This document shows, piece after piece, positions 55,601-64,000 of a stretch of 64,000 nucleotides of DNA. The DNA lies in the NCBI GenBank assembly GCA_002269645.1, contig NIVC01001016.1, positions 186,001 to 250,000 of the forward strand, written 5' to 3'. The DNA comes from Macrostomum lignano. Taxonomy: Eukaryota. The first letter of the stretch is position 1; every line of letters starts with the position of its first letter. Under the pieces are notes generated by a model. That model was not told the DNA's origin. It searched no databases and was given only the letters and a program-made list of their open reading frames with translations. A program made the translations under genes and the position numbers.

Positions 55601-57137
55601 CTGATCTCCCTGCACCCTGATCTCCCTGCACCCTGATCTCCCTGCACCCTGATCTCCCTGCACCCTGATCTCCCTGCACCCTGATCTCCCTGCACCCTGA
55701 TCTCCCTGCACCCTGATCTCCCTGCACCCTGATCTCCCTGCACCCTGATCTCCCTGCACCCTGATCTCCCTGCACCCTGATCTCCCTGCACCCTGATCTC
55801 CCTGCACCCTGATCTCCCTGCACCCTGATCTCCCTGCACCCTGATCTCCCTGCACCCCACACCCTGATCTCCCTGCACCCCACACCCTGATCTCCCTGCA
55901 CCCCACACCCTGATCTCCCTGCACCCCACACCCTGATCTCCCTGCACCCCACACCCTGATCTCCCTGCACCCCACACCCTGATCTCCCTGCACCCCACAC
56001 CCTGATCTCCCTGCACCCCACACCCTGATCTCCCTGCACCCCACACCCTGATCTCCCTGCACCCCACACCCTGATCTCCCTGCACCCCACACCCTGATCT
56101 CCCTGCACCCCACACCCTGATCTCCCTGCACCCCACACCCTGATCTCCCTGCACCTCATTTGCCCTCCCTAAAATGACTGAATTACAAACCATAACTATA
56201 GCTCACCTGTGTGGGATAGGATACGAACTGAAGAGCGGCATTACTAGACCACATTGCGGTGATGTAGGTGAACGCAGCCAGTGCAAATGAATACACGGAG
56301 GCTGACGGTGGAACTCGCCAGGTGCTGTCAGCCGATGAAGATCCAGATGAAATTGCCACGGGAACTGGAATGCAGGAAATCTATGAATTAACTATTACAC
56401 AAAGACATGGAAATGCAAAAAACACTGATAAATACAGAAACATAGACCGACATACAACAGAAACAAAGACCGCCACACATCACAGAAACAAAGACCGACG
56501 CACATCAGAAACAAAGACTGACACACATCAAAAACAAAGACCGACACACATCAGAAATGAAGACCGACATACATCAGAAATAAAGACCGCACACATCAGA
56601 AACAAAGACTGACACACATCACAGAAACAAAGACCGACACACATCACAGAAACAAAGACCGCCACACATCACAGAAACAAAGACCGCCACCCATCAGAAA
56701 CAAAGACCGACATACATCGAAAACAAAGACTGACACACGTTAGAAAGAAAGTCTGACAATAATATAGCAGAAATAAAGAATGAGAAGCACAATTTCAAAA
56801 GAAACAAAGATCCCCAACACACACAAATACACTTAGACTCACCAATCACGGCGAATGCGGCATTAATGGCGCACTGAATAAGCACCATACTGCAGGTGAA
56901 CGTAAAAGTCTGTTTGTCCAGACCGTACTCAGTCTTTGTGCTGCGAAATGAAGTTATAGTTCAATTTCAGCTAGCAGCAATAAACATATTTATTGCATAA
57001 ATATAAAGCATTTTTATATCAGTTATAGAAAAATCTCACATTTTCTCCTGCAACAATCCGTAGACAAAATAGCTAATAAAAATTCCTAAAGCAAATACCA
57101 GGAATTTTATCATCGATTGAGAGTGCTTTTGCGACAT
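52684..57137 (-). CDS. SLC35B1: Solute carrier family 35 member B1 (UGTrel1/HUT1-type ER nucleotide-sugar or ATP/ADP transporter), 6 exons, 345 aa
   Basis: Exons 57137-57040, 56940-56843, 56364-56207, 54911-54723, 54627-54498, 53048-52684 sum to 1038 nt = 346 codons. Motifs [34 protein letters not shown] and [14 protein letters not shown]-terminal KKAQ fits a dilysine ER-retrieval signal. Confidence 0.93.
53140..54450. repeat. Minisatellite, 23-bp unit (CAGAAGAAGCAGTGCTTTGCTAA)
   Basis: Fills SLC35B1 intron 53049-54497. Confidence 0.96.
54960..56155. repeat. Minisatellite, 17/24-bp units (CCCTGATCTCCCTGCAC[CCCACAC])
   Basis: Fills SLC35B1 intron 54912-56206. Confidence 0.96.
56440..56740. 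repeat. Degenerate ~22-bp repeat (ACATCAGAAACAAAGACCGAC)
   Basis: Inside an SLC35B1 intron. Confidence 0.85.
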
Positions 57138-57229
57138 GACAGTGGCGAGTTATTAGCAGAAATGCAACGAATAACCCTGTGAAGAGGATAGCAACACGCA
57201 GATCGATATTGATTCTTCTGTTTAAAAAC

Positions 57230-57650
57230 CTATGGTGTGACCTTAACTGACACTTAATTTTATGGCATATGGTGTGACCTTAACTGACCCTTAATGTGAC
57301 CTTATTTTTATGGCATATGGTGTGATCTTAACTAACCTTTAATCTGACCTTAACTGACCTCAACCCGTAGCCTAAAGTGTGACCTTAACTGACCCCTAAT
57401 CTGACCTCAACCCGTAGCCTAAAGTGTGACCTTAACTGACCCCTAATCTGACCTCAACCCGTAGCCTAAAGTGTGACCTTAACTGACCCTTAATGTGACC
57501 TTAATTTTATGGCATATGGTGTGACCTTAACTAACCTTTAATCTGTCCTTAACTGACCCCTAATCTGACCTCAACCCGTAGCCTAAGTGTGACCTTAACT
57601 GACCCTTAATCCGACCTTAATTCATAGCCTATAGAGTGACCTGTAACTGA
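57230..57650. repeat. Compound tandem repeat (GACCTTAACTGACC core)
   Basis: Between NDUFV2 and SLC35B1. Confidence 0.85.
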
Positions 57651-57843
57651 CTTTGAAATTACGATGGCTATAATTTTAACACATCGAAAGTAAGCAAAAG
57701 TCACATATTACATTACATTTTGTCAGTAATATTCTATATTTAGCATATAGTTACGAAACATATCTCTATTAAACTAGACAATTGAAATATACAAGAGAAG
57801 TAGCTAATTGTAGTACTGCTGACAAACAAGTTTTAATTCTAGT

Positions 57844-57849
57844 TTTATT
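57844..57849 (-). terminator. Candidate NDUFV2 polyadenylation signal
   Basis: AATAAA on - about 90 nt after the stop. Confidence 0.5.
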
Positions 57850-57938
57850 CTAACTGTTTCTTATCTGACACTAAATTGAATTGAATAAGTTGATTAACGT
57901 GTTGCTGACAGGTCATTGATAAGCAGATAAATAAAGAT

Positions 57939-58676
57939 TCAAAGTTCGGGCAGAACTTTAAATCCAGGACCTTTAGGCGGTTCGGTCAGCGAGGTCAAAC
58001 TGCCCTTGGGTTCGCAGCAGTGCCGCCAGTCCTGGCCAGACTGCGGCCCGGGTTTCGGCGGCTTCTCGCCCCGCTTCAACGCCATGAGGATGGCTTCAGT
58101 ATCCTCCGGTGTCAGGTCTTCGTAGTAGTCGTCGTTAATCTGCACCATTGGCGCGTTGACGCAGGCGCCAAGGCATTCCACTTCAGACAGGGTGAACAGC
58201 CGCTCAGAGTCTGTCTGGCCCGGCTTCAACCCCAGCACCCGTTTGCAAGTGTCCAATATTGGTCCGGAGCCGCAGCCGCCCAGCATGCAGGGAGTTGTAG
58301 TACAGATCTGTACATGATATTTGCCAATCGGGTCGCGATTGTACATAGTGTAGAAGGTGGCCACTTCGTACACTCGCATACGCGGCACCTTCAACATGTC
58401 GGCAACGCAGTGCATAGCAGAAATCGGCAACCAGCCGCCGTGCTGGCGCTGAGCCAAATCTAACAGCGGCATCATAGCGGCGCGCTCGTGTCCAACAGGA
58501 TAGTTTGAAATCAAACTTCGAGCTCGTTCGAGATTTTCTGGCGTAAATTCGAACGGGGTGTCTACATTGTTTTCTGGCGTGTCCCGATGGACGAATAGCT
58601 TGTCGCTAAGGCAGCGCTGGGGCAGAGAGAGCCGCGCGGGAGCAGCCAAGATTCGACGAGACAGAAATGACAGCAT
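57939..58676 (-). CDS. NDUFV2: NADH dehydrogenase (ubiquinone) flavoprotein 2, 24-kDa subunit; single coding exon
   Basis: 245-aa ORF with a mitochondrial presequence, [23 protein letters not shown] and 2Fe-2S ligands CTTTPC and CLGAC. Confidence 0.97.
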   Translation of the reverse strand: MLSFLSRRILAAPARLSLPQRCLSDKLFVHRDTPENNVDTPFEFTPENLERARSLISNYPVGHERAAMMPLLDLAQRQHGGWLPISAMHCVADMLKVPRMRVYEVATFYTMYNRDPIGKYHVQICTTTPCMLGGCGSGPILDTCKRVLGLKPGQTDSERLFTLSEVECLGACVNAPMVQINDDYYEDLTPEDTEAILMALKRGEKPPKPGPQSGQDWRHCCEPKGSLTSLTEPPKGPGFKVLPEL

Positions 58677-58884
58677 CGTGTGAGCGCTTCAATCTTTATT
58701 GGCTATAATAACTGTTCTCTTCTGTCAAGACTCTATTGATTGATTTTGATTAATTTGATTCAACCATGCAACAAGTTCAAAGCGATTACAGACACATTTC
58801 AGGACTTCAATGAGCAATGCCACTTTTGAATATCTCTCGAGTCTGAAGCATTTGAAGTTACTACTATTCCCTGGATCGATAAAT

Positions 58885-59935
58885 AAGCGGGAACCGCTAT
58901 CCCCCTAAACTAATTATCATTCAGGGGCACCGCTATCCCCCTAAAATAATTATTATTCAGGGGCACCGCTATCCCCCCTAAACTAATTATCATTCAGGGG
59001 CACCGCTATCCCCCCTAAACTAATTATCATTCCGGGGAACCGCTACCCCCCTAAACTAATTATCATTCAGGGGCACCGCTATCCCCCCTAAACTAATTAT
59101 CATTCCGGGGAACCGCTATCCTTCTAAACTAGTTATCATTCCGGGGAACCGCTATCCCCCTAAAATAATTATCATTCCGGGGCACCGCTATCCCCCCCTA
59201 AACTAATTATCATTCAGGGGCACCGCTATTCCCCCTAAACTAATTATCATTCCGGGGCACCGCTATCCCCCCCTAAACTAATTATCATTCAGGGGCACCG
59301 CTATCCCCCCTAAACTAATTATCATTCAGGGGAACCGCTATCCCCCCTAAACTGATTATCATCCAGGGGCACCGCTATTCCCCCCTAAAATAATTATCAT
59401 TCCGGGGCACCGCTATCCCCCCCTAAACTAATTATCATTCCGGGGAACCGCTATCCCCCCTAAACTAATTATCATTCAGGGGAACCGCTATCCCCTCTAA
59501 ACTAATTATCATTCAGGGGCACCGCTATCCCCTCTAAACTAATTATCATTCAGGGGCACCGCTAGCTCCATAAACTAATTATCATTCAGGGGAACCGCTA
59601 TCCCCCCTAAACTAATTATCATTCACGGGAACCGCTATCCCCCTAAACTAATTATCATTCAGGGGAACCGCTATCCCCCTAAACTAATTATCATTCAGGG
59701 GAACCGCTATCCCCCCTAAACTAATTATCATTCAGGGGAACCGCTATCCCCCTAAACTAATTATCATTCAGGGGAACCGCTACCCCCCTAAACTAATTAT
59801 TATTCAGGGGAACCGCTATCCCCCCTAAACTAATTATCATTCAGGGGCACCGCTATCCCCTAAACTAATTATCATTCCGGGGAACCGCTACCCCCCTAAA
59901 CTAATTATTATTCAGGGGAACCGCTATCTCTCTAG
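58885..59935. repeat. Minisatellite, ~35-37-bp unit (GGGAACCGCTATCCCCCTAAACTAATTATCATTCA)
   Basis: Between MRPL21 and NDUFV2; copies vary in C-run length. Confidence 0.95.
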
Positions 59936-60068
59936 ATTAATAATCGTTCAACGCTATACCCTACATTAATAATCATTAATTGGACACCGTTACCTCTTCC
60001 AAAATGATTGGTAATTAAAAAAATCAGCAACTGAAACAGAAATATATCAAGCAAAGGTTATCCATCTG

Positions 60069-60074
60069 TTTATT
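60069..60074 (-). terminator. Candidate MRPL21 polyadenylation signal
   Basis: AATAAA on - about 160 nt after the stop. Confidence 0.45.
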
Positions 60075-60232
60075 TTTCAAACAATTAGATGAATAAATTA
60101 AAAAATGCGACAAAAAGCAAACGCTTTAGTTTCTACTCTTAGTAGGCAATAAAAATACGCAGTCAAAACTTCCAGACAAACTGCAATAGCAACTAAACTA
60201 ACTGTTGTTTTGAACACGCTTTGATCAATAAT

Positions 60233-60901
60233 TTACAGAGCCTGTTGAACCGCTGGCTTATTAAACTCAATCGACCCAATACGCAGCACAGTCGCATTAG
60301 TTTGATGGATATTCATTCGACGAAAATTTTGTCGCTTACGAAATTCGAATCGAATTTTTGGCGGCTCCAGGGTCTTCTCGACTACGGTGGCTCGGACTGT
60401 GACACAATCCCGAGACAGCATGGGTCTGCCATAGAGAGTGAAGTCTGTGAATCCCAGAGCCAGCACCTTCTCTAAGACGAGTTCGTCGCCCAGTTCGGCT
60501 AGCAAACTTTTGCCAACTAATTGAACTAGATCGCCTTCGGACACTTTGTACTGCTTGCCAACCAGGTGGACTATGGCAAAGGGTCGGCCGGATGTTGACT
60601 GCTCATGATTGACAGCGGAAGCTAACTGTTCAAGGAGGCCCGATTCAGTTGCAGTTGGCGCCGAAGGCTCCGGGATGTTCAATGGATCAAGACGCTCATG
60701 CGGCAAAATCAATTGAGTCTTTGGCACCCTGTAGATTTCTTCTTTGCGAAAGATTTTCTTTGGTGTGAAATAATATTTTGCATACTTTTTGCCAAGCAGA
60801 GCCGGGCTAGAGCGCAGAGTGCGATTGATGACTGCTGCTGGAGTGCACCTGATGGAGATTGGGCTCAGCAGGCGGTGTAGAGTGAAGTTGGCTAACTGCA
60901 T
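60233..60901 (-). CDS. MRPL21: Mitochondrial ribosomal protein L21 (bL21m); single coding exon
   Basis: 222-aa ORF with a presequence-like N-terminus and bL21 motifs FAIVHLVGKQYKVSEGDLV, LEKVLALG, LYGRP, VRATVVEKT and TVLRI. Confidence 0.93.
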   Translation of the reverse strand: MQLANFTLHRLLSPISIRCTPAAVINRTLRSSPALLGKKYAKYYFTPKKIFRKEEIYRVPKTQLILPHERLDPLNIPEPSAPTATESGLLEQLASAVNHEQSTSGRPFAIVHLVGKQYKVSEGDLVQLVGKSLLAELGDELVLEKVLALGFTDFTLYGRPMLSRDCVTVRATVVEKTLEPPKIRFEFRKRQNFRRMNIHQTNATVLRIGSIEFNKPAVQQAL

Positions 60902-62808
60902 TGTTGTTTATTAGGCTGACAAAGCTTAATTGACAGCATGAATTTAAGTTTGGATTTATAATGCTACTAAACTATTTTTAGTCTCAAGGATGCTTTGATA
61001 ATTTTTTTATTAGAGTCAGGGGGTTGTGTGCACCCTGGCGCACTTTAAGCGACATAGGCACACAACCGGCGAGAGGCATTACTGCCCATTCCGCCGACTC
61101 CCCTGAGCAGGCATACAAGCGCGCGGATACGTACGCAGGCACACACTCACACAGGAGTGTACAGCGGCCCTAACTTTATATTGTCGTTAGGCATGTACAC
61201 TTCACTGCGCCTTGGGGGGTTGGCTCTCAAGGCCGTTAATTGCACGAGCAGACTAGCATTTAGGAAAGGACATTATCATACATATCTGATCATAATGTTT
61301 AGGTTCTTTGTCATAGTGTCATGACACAAACCTTATCTGACCAAGACCAGATTTTGGTTTTTGAGCAAGATTGAGTGAGAATTGCTCAAAAGCAATTGAT
61401 AAATTTTCTCAGTTCTATATGAACTGATCTCAATAGCAGCTCACAATGGATGCAATCGATATCGAGGATGAAAAGTTCTAGAGGATGGAGAGAGTTTTGT
61501 CACTGTGGACGACGCTGCTGGAGAACCAGTTCAGGCAGCAGCAGCATGGGGTCCATATGCCAAGATAAGCAATGAAAAATATGAACTGGTAATGAGTGCA
61601 CTTGAGCAAAGAGACAGTGCTATGCAGATTTCCAGGTTTTTTGTCATATATTGGACAGCTTTACTGAAGAAAATATTTTAGAGTTTCATTTTATACTTTT
61701 CCCTAAGTTGTGCATACCAGTTTATTTCTCTGTTTTGTCATATTACATAGTCACTTTTTTGTACCACCTTTTGGCTTATATACAGTATCACAGTTAGCCA
61801 TCTTTGAACTTTGATCTTTGAAGAGCAATAGAAATTTGCTAAGTACTGAGAAATTTATCAATTGCATGCCCGCATTATTTATTTAGTTGTAGTAATGCTC
61901 ATGGCTTTGACCATAGACAATAAGAAAATCCATTGACTTTGCCATCAATAATTTAATTGCTTGCTCACATTTTCTACTAGCTTGCAAAATGTTATATTAG
62001 CTTTAATAATAGAGACTAATACTGTTGACTAAGAAATTGATTATATCATAACTGTTTCCTATGATATATTTTAACTGACTTAATGCAAGTATTAAGCTAA
62101 AGTGTTACAATGCATGTGAATGATTCAATAAGATCTAAGCCTAGATATTAATAGACTAAACTGTTAATGCAACCAACAGGGTTTTAATTTTTTTATAAAA
62201 TTTTATATAAATAGTTTTTTAGAGTGAAGAAAACTTAATGAAATAAAAGAAATAATAGAATCATTCGGTTTTTAAGATTCCAAGGCTTAGAGAGATGGGA
62301 GATAAAGTGCTGAGATATTAAGCATATGAAATAATTTAACATATAATATAACATAATAATAAGCACATATTAAAGCTTACATGTTTGCCAATGTAAAAGA
62401 GCTTTTGTCTATGGTAGCAAGGCTAATACAATAGCATTTAATTTGGTCCAACAAGCATCAATTTGGTCCAAATGCTTGTGGACCAATTTGCTATGTAGCT
62501 AATGCTGTGCTGGCTATAGAACTTTGCCTTCACATGTGCCCAGGTGATAATGTTTATATACATAATGGGACTGTTTGGATCAATGAAATGCAGATGATAT
62601 TTGGCAAACATGTGGTTAGAAAGTGCATTATATGCCAGGATGAAATTTTTGTACAAAATCATAATGCATTTCATGTGTACAAACAAAAATTGTGCACTTG
62701 TGTGTATATTTCTGGCACTTGTGCAATTCTAAAAAGGTTTACATGTGTGCAACTTATATTTGTTCAAAAAACTTGCATGATTCTATTGAAAATGTTGAAT
62801 CTTATACT

Positions 62809-63094
62809 CATACATGCGCAACCTCCAAAATTCAGTCGGCCATGCGACTTAGTTTTAACAAAAATGCGACTTAGTTTTTGGCCAAAAATGCAAAAAACCC
62901 TAAAGCAAAATTAACGCAAGTTTAGGTAAACGGCAGGAGTAACTATGACTGTCTTATTAAGTCAAAATGCCTCGTCAGCTACTTAGTACTACTACTTTGG
63001 TGTTTTTTTGGGTGGGCATTTTTGCGACTTCCTTGGTTTGCCGCCAAATTGGTCGGCCGGATCGGCCGACTGGGCCGACTGTTGCGCATGTATG
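62809..63094. mobile_element. 286-bp MITE with 14-bp TIRs and 8-bp TSD (hAT- or P-type)
   Basis: CATACATGCGCAAC (62809-62822) and GTTGCGCATGTATG (63081-63094); subterminal CAGTCGGCC / GGCCGACTG; identical flanks CTTATACT (62801-62808, 63095-63102). Confidence 0.88.
62926..62987 (+). pseudogene. Degenerate 62-bp fragment of eukaryotic 28S rDNA (helix 69 / R2 and I-PpoI target region) inside the MITE
   Basis: GTAAACGGCaGGAGTAACTATGACTgTCTTAttaagtCaAAATGCCTCGTCAgCTAcTTAGT versus the recalled consensus GTAAACGGCGGGAGTAACTATGACTCTCTTAAGGTAGCCAAATGCCTCGTCATCTAATTAGT: 51/62 identical. Confidence 0.8.
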
Positions 63095-64000
63095 CTTATA
63101 CTTGTTACAATAAAATAAAGTCATTATATTTAAAAGCAAAGCCACTTCTACTTAGTATTATATTAACATTATAAGATATTTATAAAAATTTATTTTTACA
63201 TATTTATTTAAACTTTGTATAAAACATCATAAAAACAGTTGCTTTTAAAATTAAAGTGCCAAAACACTTGCACAGTTTAAGTTAAAAACTTAAGCGCAAC
63301 TTTTTGTTCCCAAATAGGCATGCAAAGATTCTATCCTAGATTGCATGCTTGCCAACTCAACTATCAGTCAAAATATATGTCCCAGGCAATATACATTAGC
63401 TATTACTAAATAATTGGCAGCAATACTTAGCAGACCTTAAGTATACTTTAATAAACTTGCTTTGATTATTGATAATTTTATTCAAAAACTTTTATGCCAA
63501 AATAATTAAATATAGGAAAATAGGCCTAGATCTAGGACATTGCCTAAAATTTAGCAATTTTTAGTTTGTTTTGTGATATAATTTAAAGTTTGCATTGGTA
63601 TTTCATGCCATAGTAGAAAATTATCTATGACCAAAAGGGATGGGAAATGGTATCAGAAAATCCTCTAGCATCTAGCCTTATTTATTTTTCTATCTACATT
63701 CTACTGCTCTATCTATTGCTCTATTTACTTCTTTATCTATTGCTAGTTTTATTGCCCTATGGCCTATTTATTACTTTATGTACCATTCTACTAGGCTTAG
63801 CTATTGTTTATAATCAGGAAAATGACCTTTTTCATGGAAAATTATAAGTATAAAAAGGGGTTAGACATGTACTGCAACTACACTAGCATATTTTGGCATA
63901 ATAGCAAGCAAGAGAAAAAGTTTGGTATAGTATAGGGCCTAATGCAAGACAAAAAATTTTGGAGACACTATTTCTATAGACAGAAAATTAGCAGTTTATT

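Noticed and set aside
54661-56193. 400-500-aa G/R/Q-rich ORFs on -
   Set aside because: 17/24-bp minisatellite inside an SLC35B1 intron.
62438-62914. Cys/His-rich short ORFs on both strands
   Set aside because: AT-rich, no recognisable domain, and the + ORF runs across the MITE boundary; probably decayed or random.
62926-62987. Functional rRNA gene
   Set aside because: Only 62 bp, the helix-69 pairing is broken, and it sits inside a MITE with no other rDNA nearby.
63052-63070. GC-rich hairpin as a Helitron 3' end
   Set aside because: No CTRR terminus follows on either strand, and it lies within the TIR/TSD-defined MITE.

Overview
Eukaryotic, invertebrate-type genomic DNA with GT-AG introns and the standard code. 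It resembles a Macrostomum-like flatworm, but that is an inference from minisatellite-filled introns and cannot be confirmed here. The + strand carries the 3' 14 exons of the sodium leak channel NALCN, whose pore reads E-K-E-E, and a 6-exon MCM10. The - strand carries a tight co-oriented cluster MRPL21 -> NDUFV2 -> SLC35B1 and a two-exon gene, missed by the ORF track, that encodes a 92-aa secreted six-cysteine prepropeptide I do not recognise. Mobile elements are: a dead Copia LTR element with a 30-nt primer-binding site matching the 5' half of initiator tRNA-Met; an apparently intact Chapaev-type (RAG1/Transib-related) DNA transposon; a tRNA-derived SINE with a target-site duplication (TSD); a Helentron/HINE-like element; and a 286-bp MITE carrying a degenerate copy of the 28S rDNA R2/I-PpoI target region. 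Almost every intron and spacer holds its own private mini- or microsatellite, and these account for nearly all the very long low-complexity ORFs in the track. Exon boundaries, repeat units and identities were read by eye. Homology calls come from recalled family motifs, not database searches.
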